64,000 bases of DNA from a bacterium (GCA_043802525.1 JAZDKY010000082.1:15389-79388), one strand, 5' to 3'. Positions 49,371 to 59,766 are shown, counted from the first letter of the stretch. Numbers and translations are program-made. The notes: generated by a model not told the origin, from the letters alone.

Positions 49371-49721
49371 TCACGTTTCCGCGTCTTCCGACAGGTGAAA
49401 CCGGTGAAGGAATCGGTGCACGACGGGTGCGAATGTCACGCCCGCGACGAAGAGGAACACCAAGCCGGAAAACAGGGCGTAGAACGTGGCAAACACCTTG
49501 CCGGCCGTCGTTTGCAGCGGGCCGAGCGGACCCATCCCCGTGAGAATCATCGCCGCGTTCGGCATGGCGTCGATCCACGGCATGTTTTCACAATAGTGGT
49601 ACCCGAGTATGCCGACCAGCAACGAGAAGAGGATAAGGAAGCCCGCGGCGAGGACGTGTTGAATCACTCGCGCACGGAAATGGCGGATAGGGATCAGGGG
49701 TTGTCTTCGGTGCTCATACAT
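49371..49721 (-). CDS. small membrane protein with pore-loop-like motif (2-TM ion-channel-like)
   Basis: MYEHRRQPLIPIRHF..VIQHVLAAGFLILFSLLVGILGYH..WIDAMPNAAMILTGMGPLGP..VFATFYALFSGLVFLFVAGV has two or three hydrophobic helices flanking a TGMGP loop. Family assignment is weak. Confidence 0.45.
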   Translation of the reverse strand: MYEHRRQPLIPIRHFRARVIQHVLAAGFLILFSLLVGILGYHYCENMPWIDAMPNAAMILTGMGPLGPLQTTAGKVFATFYALFSGLVFLFVAGVTFAPVVHRFLHRFHLSEDAET

Positions 49722-50086
49722 GACGGCTCCTCCTTCTTTCCACGCCGAAACGCAAGATGCAAGATCCACACGTGGTGATGGCCACTTCCAGCGTCATGAA
49801 CAACGAATAGCGGTTTGGCCGCCACAAAGCCACCTGGCAATGGGGCCGGCAGTGGCCGGTTTTGAATTTCGTCACGAACTGGTAGGGCGTGCGGTCCCCG
49901 CGCGCCGCGGCGGACCGGCTTGCCCGCCATGCTACGCGCAGCGTTGTGGGCGGGGACGGTCCGCCCTACCTGGAGACGAAATTCAAAACCGGCCACTGCA
50001 ATGGGGCCATGGGCAAGGAAGGTGATCGAGAATCAGATCCCTGCGCGGTTCAGATTCGGAGGAGTTCGCGAGGGCCGGGGTCTTGG

Positions 50087-50123
50087 GCAAAAAAAGTGCG
50101 CCCCGACCGGATGATCGGGACGC
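50087..50123 (-). terminator. rho-independent terminator of RRM gene 2
   Basis: The minus-strand RNA gcgucccgauc-aucc-ggucggggcgc forms an 11-bp stem that includes two G-U pairs, so it pairs fully only on this strand. A U7 run follows (plus-strand A-run 50089-50095). Confidence 0.75.
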
Positions 50124-50149
50124 ATCTTCATTTCAGCTGCGGGATCGGT

Positions 50150-50467
50150 CTAGTACCGATCACGTCCGCCGCCGCCGTAGCCGCCGCCACCGCCGCCGCC
50201 ACCACCGCGGGGGCGCTCTTCACGGGGCTTGGCTTCGTTCACGGTCAGGGCGCGTCCGTCGCAATCCTTGCCGTGGAGATCGGAGATCGCCTTGGTGGCG
50301 TCCGCCTGGGACGTCATTTCCACGAACGCAAATCCGCGGGAGTTACCCGTCATTTTGTCCGTGATCAGACTGCAACTGCCGACAGGACCAATGCCTTCGA
50401 ACAGTTTGCGTACGTCGCTCTCGGTCGTGTTGAACGACAGGTTACCGACATATAGTTTAGTGGCCAT
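50150..50467 (-). CDS. glycine-rich RNA-binding protein (single RRM), paralogue of 46791..47129
   Basis: MATKLYVGNLSFNTTESDV...RGFAFVEM...GGGGGGGGYGGGG. Confidence 0.92.
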   Translation of the reverse strand: MATKLYVGNLSFNTTESDVRKLFEGIGPVGSCSLITDKMTGNSRGFAFVEMTSQADATKAISDLHGKDCDGRALTVNEAKPREERPRGGGGGGGGGYGGGGRDRY

Positions 50468-50605
50468 GATTACTACTCTTCCTTGTGCTGCGGGGGGAGG
50501 CTATGGTGACTGTCCCCGAATCGTTCGGGCCTAGTATCATCACCAACCCGGCAGTTGCCGGGCCACTGACAATCGTCCATCTCACGTCGCTTCTCACTCG
50601 TTTAG
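50468..50605 (-). promoter_or_regulatory. conserved structured 5' leader of RRM gene 2
   Basis: See 47130-47265. Compensatory differences keep both stems (ggtgactgtccccgaatcgttcgggcctagtatcatcacc). Confidence 0.55.
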
Positions 50606-50667
50606 CACGGCAGAGTCTCGCAGAATCTCGGAAGATTGCAATAGCAACGTTTTACAAACTTTCAGGA

Positions 50668-50717
50668 CCCGAATCCTTGGCGAACCGGCTGACGCGGCCG
50701 GTTCGCCAAGGATTCGG
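50668..50717. promoter_or_regulatory. perfect 21-bp inverted repeat with 8-nt spacer in a divergent intergenic region
   Basis: cccgaatccttggcgaaccgg - ctgacgcg - ccggttcgccaaggattcggg, about 80 nt upstream of the AI-2E-family gene start. Confidence 0.4.
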
Positions 50718-50796
50718 GAGCACACGACCCGCGCGTTTGGACGTTTATTCCCGGAGGCCACCTGTGCTACGTTCATGACGCAGGTTGGAGCCATTC

Positions 50797-51948
50797 ATGG
50801 TTGAAGTGACAGGCATCAGGAAATTCTTCTACAGCCACTGGGAGAAGATGGTCCTCTGGACCATCCTCATCGGACTGTTTTACCTCCTCCGACCGTTTTT
50901 TCTCCTGATCTTCGAGACGTTTCTCATCACGTTCATCACGAAATCCACGGTCGATGAACTCGGCCGGCGCTTTGACATGAACCACCGTCTCGCAACGGTG
51001 CTGGTCTTTCTAGTGTTCGTGAGCGTGCTCGGGCTGGCCTGCGCGTGGATCGGGCCCCGGCTGATCGAGGAGTCCAACCAGATCATCGCCGATCTCGCGG
51101 TCGATGGCGACCAGCCGTCGCGCGAAAAAACAAACCGATTCGTCGAGAGCATCGTCGTCCGGCTGGCGGGCACCGACAAGGGCCAGGCCTTTATCGGCTC
51201 GGCGCGGTTCGCGACGATCATGGAGGCACTCACGAAGGAGACCACTGACTTTGTGAAGTCAGCCCTGCCCAATCTGCTCCAGAATCTCATCCACATCATC
51301 AAGCTGGGCTGGGAGGTCATGATCTCGCTGGTCATGGCCATTATTTTCTCGTTCATGCTGGTGATGGACTGGCAACGCATTGTCCGCAACATCCGCTCGC
51401 TCGAAGCCAGCCGCATCCAGACGTTCTATGTCGGCGTCGCGCCGCACCTGCAGGCCTTTGCCGACGTGCTGGGCAAGGCCCTCCGTGCGCAGGCGATGAT
51501 CGCAGCCGCGAATACGGTGCTCACGGCCGCGGGGTTGTGGCTCTTCAACGTGCCGAACGTCGCGCTGCTTTCCACGATCGTGTTCGTCTGCGGTTTTATC
51601 CCGATCCTCGGGACGTTCCTGAGTTCCATCCCGATCCTGCTGTTCGCGATCCAGGCCGGCGGCCTCGCCCTCATGGGCAAGCTCATCATCCTGATCGGAC
51701 TGGTCCACACGTTTGAGGCGTACGTGCTGAATCCGCGGATCACCGGCAGCGTCCTGCACATGCACCCGCTCATGGTCCTGATCCTGCTGCTCATCGGCGA
51801 GCGGTTCTTCGGCATCTGGGGCATGGTGGTCGGCGTGCCGATCGGTTACTACATCATCACGGTCCTCACGATGCCGGACGACTCGTCCGACAAGGAACCC
51901 GGCACCGGGTCCGTTTCAATGCATGAATGCGTCGACGTTCATGAATAA
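50797..51948 (+). CDS. AI-2E family transporter (PerM/UPF0118)
   Basis: Multi-TM protein. [23 protein letters not shown] and [45 protein letters not shown] are typical of the family. ATG 50797 is preferred over TTG 50785. Confidence 0.85.
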   Translation: MVEVTGIRKFFYSHWEKMVLWTILIGLFYLLRPFFLLIFETFLITFITKSTVDELGRRFDMNHRLATVLVFLVFVSVLGLACAWIGPRLIEESNQIIADLAVDGDQPSREKTNRFVESIVVRLAGTDKGQAFIGSARFATIMEALTKETTDFVKSALPNLLQNLIHIIKLGWEVMISLVMAIIFSFMLVMDWQRIVRNIRSLEASRIQTFYVGVAPHLQAFADVLGKALRAQAMIAAANTVLTAAGLWLFNVPNVALLSTIVFVCGFIPILGTFLSSIPILLFAIQAGGLALMGKLIILIGLVHTFEAYVLNPRITGSVLHMHPLMVLILLLIGERFFGIWGMVVGVPIGYYIITVLTMPDDSSDKEPGTGSVSMHECVDVHE

Positions 51949-52016
51949 ACCGGGCTAAAGGCAGGAAATCCGCGCAAGGAGGTGTAAGGTATTCCCAGCA
52001 ACCACGACATGGGGAT

Positions 52017-52595
52017 ATGCCAACACAACGCACCTTCATCGCAGCATCGCTGATCGCCCTGGCCGCCATCGCTGCCGTGCACGGGGCAAAGGGATCCGAG
52101 TCCATGAAAACAGGCGCCAAGACGGTCACGGTCCGGCTGCCGGACAAGGACGGCAAACTCACGGCGCCGCAGGCGGTGCCGAAGGTCGTCAAGACGGACG
52201 ACGAGTGGCGCAAGCAGCTCACGCCCGAGCAGTACGAGGTCGCCCGCGACCGGGGCACGGAGCGGGCGTTCTGCGGCGTCTTCCACGACAACCACAAGAC
52301 CGGCACCTATGCGTGCGTCTGCTGCGACCTGCCGCTGTTCAAGTCCGGCTCCACGTTCGATTCCGGAACCGGCTGGCCCAGTTTCTTCGAGCCCATCGCG
52401 AAAGAGAATGTCATCGAGAAGCGGGACCTCAGCAACGGCATGATCCGCACGGAAATCCTGTGCGCCCGCTGCGACGCCCATCTCGGGCACGTGTTCGACG
52501 ACGGCCCGGCGCCGACCGGCCTCCGCTATTGCCTGAATTCCGCGGCGATGTCCTTCACGGAAACGAGGTGGGGCGCGGCGCGCGCCTTGCAGTAG
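52017..52595 (+). CDS. msrB: peptide-methionine (R)-S-oxide reductase with signal peptide
   Basis: [11 protein letters not shown]...[10 protein letters not shown]...[18 protein letters not shown]...GLRYCLNS is the SelR/MsrB domain. N-terminal [24 protein letters not shown]. Confidence 0.92.
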   Translation: MPTQRTFIAASLIALAAIAAVHGAKGSESMKTGAKTVTVRLPDKDGKLTAPQAVPKVVKTDDEWRKQLTPEQYEVARDRGTERAFCGVFHDNHKTGTYACVCCDLPLFKSGSTFDSGTGWPSFFEPIAKENVIEKRDLSNGMIRTEILCARCDAHLGHVFDDGPAPTGLRYCLNSAAMSFTETRWGAARALQ

Positions 52596-52740
52596 CTGCT
52601 GAGCGAAGGCAGATCCCTGCCGCGCCGCCTTCTTAACAAGATGAGGCGGGAACGGAAAGGGGGCCCTGCCTTTCAGCGTTCTTGACGATGGCGGGATTCG
52701 GAGGATGATCCATAGACGATCCCCGGCGTGACGTGTCGCC

Positions 52741-53226
52741 GTGAAACTGGAGTATGTCATTCTGGCCGTACTGATGGCCGCGGCGGCGGTTACAGCTGTC
52801 GTTTATTTCGGGCAAACCCTCAACCAGCAGACGGCCATCGCCGCGCAGGCGACCGCGGGCCGGAGTACGCGAGCGACCGCGATCGCACAGGCCGCGTCCC
52901 GTGAAACCACTTCATCGCGCAAGATCCTCGGCGCCCGCGACGAGGATGACCATCCCGACCGCACCGCGGCCGCAGCATCCGAATCCGCGCGGGAATCCAT
53001 GCGAAGCCACGAGCCCGATGCGGCGAGGGAGCGCGACGCCGAATCGATGCTCGCGAAACGGCGCACGACCCTTCATGCGAACGAAGCTGCGCAGGCCAGG
53101 AAGGCTTCGCAAGACGACCCCTCACATACAAACGCCACAAGCGGCAACCTGCTCTGGATCATTCTCGTGGTCCTGATCGCGGGAGGCGGTCTCGTATACA
53201 TGCTCTCGTCCCGGCTGCGAACATAG
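52741..53226 (+). CDS. hypothetical membrane-anchored protein (TM at both ends, charged middle)
   Basis: GTG start. N-terminal LEYVILAVLMAAAAVTAVVYF, C-terminal LLWIILVVLIAGGGLVYML. No domain recognised. Confidence 0.45.
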   Translation: MKLEYVILAVLMAAAAVTAVVYFGQTLNQQTAIAAQATAGRSTRATAIAQAASRETTSSRKILGARDEDDHPDRTAAAASESARESMRSHEPDAARERDAESMLAKRRTTLHANEAAQARKASQDDPSHTNATSGNLLWIILVVLIAGGGLVYMLSSRLRT

Positions 53227-53526
53227 TTGCAGGGTAGTCCCGCCCCCGGCCTTCGGCCGGATCGTTCAGAGGGGAAACCTCCGTGACCGCAGATTACAAA
53301 TCAAACGAACCGGATCAACCGCAAAGAGGCGCAAGCCACGCCAAACAAAACACACTCACGGGACCGCGCGTCGCGATGAAGCTCGAGTCGCGCTGCGCAG
53401 CGAAGCTGCTTCGCAGAGTGGCCTGCGCCGCGGCTGCACGCTTGTCCTTGGATGATCCATGCCCTTGCATCGGGAGACTTGACCAAAATCCATTCGTGTG
53501 TATTCGTGTCCGTGCGTGCTTGAACC

Positions 53527-54513
53527 ATGAAGAACGACTTCACCTTGCCCATCCGCCCGCGACGCAACCGGAAATCGGATGCGATCCGGCGCCTGGTCCG
53601 TGAGACGGAGCTCTCGCCGTCGCATTTCATCTGGCCGCTGTTTGTCTGCGAAGGCAAAAACCGGCGTGAGCCCATCACGTCCATGCCGGACGTGTTCCGG
53701 CTGACCCGCGACCTCGTCGTCAAGGAAGCACGCGAGGCGTACAAGCTGGGCATCCCGGCCGTTGCCCTTTTTCCCGCTCTTCCCGATAGGCTCAAGGACA
53801 AGACGGCGACGGAATCCGTCAACCCGGACGGCCTGCTCCAGCAGACTGTGCGCGCGCTCAAGGACGCCGTGCCGGAACTCGCGGTCGTGACCGACATCGC
53901 GATGGACCCGTACTCGAGCGACGGGCACGACGGCTACGTGGAGCATGGGAAGATCGACAACGACCGCACGCTGGAGATCCTCGCCGTGATGGCGGTCGCC
54001 CAGGCGCAGGCCAGCGCGGACCTCGTTGCCCCGTCCGACATGATGGACGGCCGCGTCGGCGCAATCCGCCGCGCGCTCGACGGCGCGGGCTTCACCGACA
54101 CCGGCATCCTCGCCTACTCCGCGAAATATTGCTCCGCGTTTTACGGTCCGTTCCGCGACGCGCTCGATTCTGCGCCGCGCGCCGGGGACAAGAAGACCTA
54201 CCAGATGGATCCCGCGAACGTCCGCGAGGCGATTCGCGAAGTGCAGCTCGACGTGGCCGAGGGCGCGGACCTCGTGATGGTCAAACCGGCGCTGCCCTAC
54301 CTTGACGTCATCCGCGCCGTGCGCGAGGCCGTGAACGTCCCCGTTGCGGCGTACAACGTCAGCGGCGAATACGCGATGGTCAAGGCGGCGGCCAGGGCGG
54401 GCTGGTTGAACGAAGACGCCTGCATGATCGAGTCGCTCGTGGCGATCCGCCGCGCCGGCGCGGACCTCATTCTCACCTACTTCGCGAAGCAGGCCGCGCA
54501 GTTGCTCGGTTGA
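53527..54513 (+). CDS. hemB: porphobilinogen synthase (delta-aminolevulinate dehydratase)
   Basis: RPRRNRKSDAIRRLVRETELSPSHFIWPLFV..., VAPSDMMDGRVGAIR, YSAKYCSAFYGPFRDA and MVKPALPYLDVI. Confidence 0.93.
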   Translation: MKNDFTLPIRPRRNRKSDAIRRLVRETELSPSHFIWPLFVCEGKNRREPITSMPDVFRLTRDLVVKEAREAYKLGIPAVALFPALPDRLKDKTATESVNPDGLLQQTVRALKDAVPELAVVTDIAMDPYSSDGHDGYVEHGKIDNDRTLEILAVMAVAQAQASADLVAPSDMMDGRVGAIRRALDGAGFTDTGILAYSAKYCSAFYGPFRDALDSAPRAGDKKTYQMDPANVREAIREVQLDVAEGADLVMVKPALPYLDVIRAVREAVNVPVAAYNVSGEYAMVKAAARAGWLNEDACMIESLVAIRRAGADLILTYFAKQAAQLLG

Positions 54514-54673
54514 GGCCGCGACCCGGGCATCGGACAGCCGGCCGCCTCCGTCCCGCCTCGGAGGCGGGACTACGGCGAGCCACGCCGTGGTTGAGATCCC
54601 GCGGCGGGATTGAAACGAAAACGGGAAGCTGTTCCTCCAGACGTGGATGTCGGCCAAGGGGGGACGTCGTACG

Positions 54674-57600
54674 CTACAGCAATCCCCCGTCGCGGATCAG
54701 CGCGCGCATGAGGCTCACGTCGATGTTCCCGCCTTCGAAGGGTTGCAATAACTCGATAAAGGCGTCTTGCGCCCTCTGCGTGGCGCCTTGGGCGAGGAGC
54801 GCCCGGCACAGGAGCACGCCGCATTCGATCTGGCGGCCGCGCGAATGAGGTTGCCCTTTCAGGGCCGCAATCGCGGCGTGCAGGCTGGTCACCGCGTCGT
54901 CGTAAAGCCCCAGGTCGTATTGCAACTGGCCGCGCCAGTGCAGCATGTCGCCGTCGACGTGGTCCGGGAACCGGTCCGACACCCAGACCATGGCCGCGAG
55001 CGTGTCGGCGGCAGTGGTGTCCCGCAGGTAGCTGCGCCCCATGAGATAGTCCGCGTAGAGCCCGGAGCAGCGCAGTTTCTGCACGGAATAGTCCAGCGCG
55101 GCAATCGCCGCGTCGTCCTGTGGAATGAATCCAACGGACACTCCAAACGTCATGCCGATCAGCGTGCTGCAGGCGGCCCGGGCCTCCGGATCGCCGGGGT
55201 AGCGAGCGAGCCACTCGCTCGCCCACGTGAAGCCGCAGCGGTCGAACATGCTTCCGTTCCGCTGGATATACGTGAAGAGGTCGCGCAGTTCATCGCGCGA
55301 CGGCTCGTAGGTTTTCAGGTAGTCCGTGATCCAGAGGCGGGAGCGGGCGCGCGACTGGGACCGCTCGTCGAGCCACTTGACCCCGCTCGCGACGCCGCCG
55401 ATGAAAAAGCCGCGGGGAGCGATGTACTCGAGCACCGGGAAGAAATCGGAGTGGATCGCCCCGGTCCACTTCACGTGCGAGGGGCGCCCCGCGCTGTTGC
55501 GGAGCTGGATCGCCAGCACGGGCAGCAGGGTGCGGATACCGATGCGCTGCAGGTCGCCGTTGACCGCCGGCTTGCGGATGCGTTCCTCCATCCTTGCGAA
55601 ATCGGGCGTGTACGGGCCCACCGCGCCCAGGATCATCGTGTCGGTCGATTGCGCGTTCCACAGCGAGTAGCAGGGGAACACGCCCGTGAACGTTTCCAGG
55701 ATCATGAAGAAGGCCGCGTTCTCCAGCTCGTAGGAGTGTGTCCACTGGAGGAACAGGCCGGCGGGAGCGAGGTGGTCCCTGCAGATCTCGAAATACTCGC
55801 GGGAGAACACGCCGGCAACGCCGGCGATCCAGGGATTGGACGGCTCGCTGACGATGACGTCGTACATGCGGTCCGTCACTTGGAAGAAGGTCTTGGCGTC
55901 CTCGATGTAGACATGGACACGGGGGTCCTCCCAGTAGCGCGCGTTGACGGCTTCGAAATACCGGCTGGCATCCACGACATCGCGCGAGATTTCCACGACA
56001 TCGACGCGCTCGACGTTGTCGTGCGCGAGCACGGCGCCGATCGTCGCGCCGGACCCGATCCCGATCACCAGCACGCGTTTCGGACCGGGGTGCAGGAGCA
56101 ACGGAAGATGGCCCAGTATTTTCTGCGTCGGCAGGTCGCCGATCAGCGACGCGTCCACCTTGCCGTTGATGGCCAGGTAGCGCTCGCCGGTGTCGGGCGT
56201 TTCCATGACCGCGACCGTGGCATCGATGCCGTCGCGATAGAAGAGCTGGCGGTGGGCGGTCGTGCCGTCGATAAACGAGGCGAAGCTCGGCATCCTGTTC
56301 CGTTCGCGGTACGCCCCGAGGGCAAGGACGTTCTGGTCCCAGTGCCGAATGGCGGTGACATACCAGGTCCACACCGTGGCGAGGGCCAGCGTGGCGCAGA
56401 CGATGGAGATGGTCCGGCTCCGTCCGGGACGCACAGCCGCCAGCGAAAGAAGACCTAGGACGCTGTTCAGCGCAATGGCCAGTTCGAGCGTGCCTTTCAG
56501 CCCAAGCCAGGGCAGCCCGATGAACCCCGCGAACACGCTGCCGGCGAGCGTGCCGAGCGTGTTGACGGCGAAAACGAGCCCCACCCTTCCGCCCACCGAT
56601 CGCGGATCGCTCATCAGCGCCTTCGTGGCCGCGGGCAGCGTGATGCCCTGCAGGATCGTCGGCACGATCATAACCGTCGCGCAGAGGATGAGCTGGCAGC
56701 CCTGGTACAGGGGAAACGTCGCGGGCTCACGGATGAGCGAGGCCGCGATCAGGTTGAAAAAGTACGGAAGCCGTTCGTAGAAGGGCAGCGCCAGGAGCAC
56801 GGACAGCCCAACACCCGCGGAGCTGAGGCCGAAGACCAGGGTGTAACCCTCCGGCCGCCGCTTGAAGGACAGCAGCAGCCCCCCCAGGCTGAGGCCGAAG
56901 ATGAACGTCGCGAGCATCAGCGAGAACGCGTAGGTCGACGAGCCGAGCACCAGCGCCAACAGCCGGATCCAAGCGACCTCGTACATCATCGAAATCCCGC
57001 CGGAGACGCCGACGCACGTGAGCAGCACGCCGAAGACCCACCCCGGCAGCGGCAGGTCCCGGGCGACCTCCGGCCTCGACGCGGGTCGCGCGGGCAGAGC
57101 TTCTTCCGCCTCACGGGACGCGGCGACCCACGCGACCAACCCCGCAAGGATGTTGAGGACCGCGCCCAACACCATTGTGAACTGGAGGCCCATCACGCGA
57201 ATCGTGTAAAAACCCGCCGCGAGGCAGCCCACCACGGCGCCGATGCTGTTGAGGAAATACAGGCGCGAGATCGTTGGACCGGCCGTCTTCACCGAGCGCA
57301 CCAGGCAGCGCGCCATCGCGGGCATCGTGCCGCCCATCAGGATCGTGGGCAGCAGGACGCTGAGCACGCACGACAGGATCTTGCCCGCGAACAGCGTTCC
57401 CGACTGCGGCTCGTCCGTCTTCGCCAGTGCGATGAACACCACACGGCCCAGCTCGAAGATGCGGTCGAAGAGCAGCGCATAGACGCCGATACCGAACTCG
57501 AGGAAAGCGTAGAGTTTCAGCGGGTTCGCGACGCGGTCCGCGAACGACCCGAAGATCCAGCTGCCGAGCGCGAGGCCACCCATGAATGTCGCCAGCACGA

Positions 57601-57769
57601 TCACCTGCGCGAGGCCCGTGCCGCCGACGTAGAGCGCCAGGTATTTGGACCAGATGACCTCGTAGCCCAGCCCGGCGATGCCGGATATGAAGAAACAGAC
57701 GTACAGCGCGATCCGCAGGGCGGGTTCGAGCGTGGTTCCTGCCTGGTGCCTGCTTTCCGTATGCGCCAT
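54674..57769 (-). CDS. fused polytopic-membrane / spermidine-synthase-like methyltransferase-fold / TPR-like protein
   Basis: ATG 57769 (MAHTESRHQ...). About 12 TM helices, then RVLVIGIGSGATIGAVLAHDNVERVDVVEISRDVV...YDVIVSEPSNPWIAGVAGVFSREYF (spermidine synthase fold), then a helical repeat tail. Confidence 0.8.
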   Translation of the reverse strand: MAHTESRHQAGTTLEPALRIALYVCFFISGIAGLGYEVIWSKYLALYVGGTGLAQVIVLATFMGGLALGSWIFGSFADRVANPLKLYAFLEFGIGVYALLFDRIFELGRVVFIALAKTDEPQSGTLFAGKILSCVLSVLLPTILMGGTMPAMARCLVRSVKTAGPTISRLYFLNSIGAVVGCLAAGFYTIRVMGLQFTMVLGAVLNILAGLVAWVAASREAEEALPARPASRPEVARDLPLPGWVFGVLLTCVGVSGGISMMYEVAWIRLLALVLGSSTYAFSLMLATFIFGLSLGGLLLSFKRRPEGYTLVFGLSSAGVGLSVLLALPFYERLPYFFNLIAASLIREPATFPLYQGCQLILCATVMIVPTILQGITLPAATKALMSDPRSVGGRVGLVFAVNTLGTLAGSVFAGFIGLPWLGLKGTLELAIALNSVLGLLSLAAVRPGRSRTISIVCATLALATVWTWYVTAIRHWDQNVLALGAYRERNRMPSFASFIDGTTAHRQLFYRDGIDATVAVMETPDTGERYLAINGKVDASLIGDLPTQKILGHLPLLLHPGPKRVLVIGIGSGATIGAVLAHDNVERVDVVEISRDVVDASRYFEAVNARYWEDPRVHVYIEDAKTFFQVTDRMYDVIVSEPSNPWIAGVAGVFSREYFEICRDHLAPAGLFLQWTHSYELENAAFFMILETFTGVFPCYSLWNAQSTDTMILGAVGPYTPDFARMEERIRKPAVNGDLQRIGIRTLLPVLAIQLRNSAGRPSHVKWTGAIHSDFFPVLEYIAPRGFFIGGVASGVKWLDERSQSRARSRLWITDYLKTYEPSRDELRDLFTYIQRNGSMFDRCGFTWASEWLARYPGDPEARAACSTLIGMTFGVSVGFIPQDDAAIAALDYSVQKLRCSGLYADYLMGRSYLRDTTAADTLAAMVWVSDRFPDHVDGDMLHWRGQLQYDLGLYDDAVTSLHAAIAALKGQPHSRGRQIECGVLLCRALLAQGATQRAQDAFIELLQPFEGGNIDVSLMRALIRDGGLL

Positions 57770-58071
57770 GGTACCTCGCGACTGGGCGGGATCGTATCCG
57801 AAATCATCCTTCGCGGGTACCAAAAGTAGGTCGCCTCCCCTCAACTGTAACGATTCAGTTCTCCGCCGAAGGCCATGGGCATCAACCCAGGGCAGCAACA
57901 GTTCATCCGCAAAACCTGCGAGTTCAACTGCTTTTCCCAGGTTCACCGATCACGCACGCGAAGAACGGCGTGGGTCAGCCTGGAAAGCCGGACTGGCCGA
58001 ACGACCCGAAAAAGTCCTTCATTTCCTTAACGTGCGGGGTAGGTAAGAAGGAGGATTTGTTACACCACCCC

Positions 58072-59748
58072 ATGAAAAGCATCCGTCTCCTCATGGCCGG
58101 CTTGGCTGACACCGAACGCGCGACGCTCTCGGACGCGCTCCGGCGGCTGGGCTACGACGCGGTGTTCGAACCCGCCGGGACGGTGATCGAGGCGGAGAGC
58201 AAATTGCGCGTGATCCTGGAGTCCGCGCTCGACGCGGTGATCCTTACAGACCGCGACGGCCGCATCACAAACGGTAACGGCACCGCGGAGGAAATGTTCC
58301 GTTGCCGGGCGCACGACCTCATCGGCAGGCCCATCTCCTCGCTCCTATCCGACCGCCACGGCAAGGAGGGCAGCGAGGACCTCCTCCACACGCTGTCAGG
58401 ACAGCCGTTGCCGCTTCCCGGCCAGCGCGCCGAGAGCGAGGGTCTCCGCAGCGATGGGTCCCCCTTCCCCGCCGAACTCCGCATCGGCGAATGGACCAGC
58501 GAAAGCGACGCGGGCTACTGCCTCTTCGTCCGGGACATGTCCGAGAAGAAGAAGCGCGAGCAGGCGCGGGGCGAACTGGAATCGCAGTTGATGCGGGCGC
58601 AGAAGGTCGAGGCCATCGCGGCCCTGGCGGCCGGCATCGCCCACGATTTCAACAACATGCTGACCGTGATCCTCGGCAACGCCGACCTCGCGATGGCGCT
58701 GATGGAAAAGGAGCACCCGGCAGCCGACGCGATCGAAGAAATCCACAACGCCGCGGGCCGCGCGGCCAGCCTGACGCGCCAGCTCCTGCTCTTCAGCCAC
58801 AAGCAGCCGATGCAGCGGAAGGTCGTCGACATTCACGAAATCCTCGACGACCTCGCCAAGATGCTGCAACGCCTGATGATCGAGGGTATCCGCGTCAGCG
58901 TCGACACGAACAAGAGCCTCTGGCCGGTGCTGGCCGACGCGGCGCTGCTCCAACAGGCGGTGGTGAATCTCGTCGTAAATGCGAGGGATGCGCTGCCGCG
59001 CGGCGGGTCGATCGCGATCCGCGCGGAGAACAAGACCTTCACCGAGCGGCCCGCGGGCACCATCGGTGAACCGCGCCCGGGCCGCTTTGCCTGCATCTCC
59101 GTGGCGGACACCGGCACGGGCATCGATCCGGAGCTGCGCGCGAAAATCTTCGAGCCGTTTTTCACGACGAAACCACCGGGCAAGGGTGCAGGCATCGGGC
59201 TCTCCGTTGTGGCGCGGGTGATCAGGGACCACGAAGGCTGGATCCACGTGCGGAGCGAGCCGGATCGCGAGACGTCGTTCGACCTCTACCTGCCGGCGCA
59301 CGGGCCGGACCGCACGACCGGCGCCGCCGCGGTGACGGCCGGCGGCGAAGAGACGACGGAACGCAGCGGCCGCATTCTGCTCGCGGAAGACGAGACAAGC
59401 GTACGGAATTTCGCGCTGCGCGCGCTCCGATCGCAAGGCTATGAGGTGGTACAGGCGCCGACGATCCGCGAGGCACTGGAGATTTTCGAGAAGGATAAGG
59501 GCTGTTTCCAGCTCGTCTTTAGTGACGCGGTCCTGCCGGATGGACTTGGCATCACCCTTGCCGAGAAAGTACTGCAGCACCAGCCGCCTCCCGCCGTGTT
59601 GCTGACGAGCGGCTACACGGGGAAAACATCGCAACTGGACCCGGTCTTCGCGCGCGGCATTCCGTTCCTGCCCAAGCCGTACACCATGGCGGTGTTGCTG
59701 GAGACGGTGAAGGAAGTCATGCTGCAGGGTCCGCCGCCCGGGCGGTGA
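58072..59748 (+). CDS. hybrid sensor histidine kinase (PAS, HisKA, HATPase_c, C-terminal receiver)
   Basis: H-box GIAHDFNNMLTVILG, N/G boxes VVNARDALP and DTGTGI..FEPFFTTK..GAGIGLSV, receiver ILLAEDETSVRN...LVFSDAVLPDG. Start at ATG 58072. Confidence 0.88.
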   Translation: MKSIRLLMAGLADTERATLSDALRRLGYDAVFEPAGTVIEAESKLRVILESALDAVILTDRDGRITNGNGTAEEMFRCRAHDLIGRPISSLLSDRHGKEGSEDLLHTLSGQPLPLPGQRAESEGLRSDGSPFPAELRIGEWTSESDAGYCLFVRDMSEKKKREQARGELESQLMRAQKVEAIAALAAGIAHDFNNMLTVILGNADLAMALMEKEHPAADAIEEIHNAAGRAASLTRQLLLFSHKQPMQRKVVDIHEILDDLAKMLQRLMIEGIRVSVDTNKSLWPVLADAALLQQAVVNLVVNARDALPRGGSIAIRAENKTFTERPAGTIGEPRPGRFACISVADTGTGIDPELRAKIFEPFFTTKPPGKGAGIGLSVVARVIRDHEGWIHVRSEPDRETSFDLYLPAHGPDRTTGAAAVTAGGEETTERSGRILLAEDETSVRNFALRALRSQGYEVVQAPTIREALEIFEKDKGCFQLVFSDAVLPDGLGITLAEKVLQHQPPPAVLLTSGYTGKTSQLDPVFARGIPFLPKPYTMAVLLETVKEVMLQGPPPGR

Positions 59749-59766
59749 TTGAGGCAGGGACTCGTT

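Noticed and set aside
53356-54657. 433-aa minus-strand ORF; also 54767..56458(+), 58396..59634(-) and 60901..61896(+)
   Set aside because: They are shadow ORFs opposite hemB, the spermidine-synthase-like gene and the two kinases.
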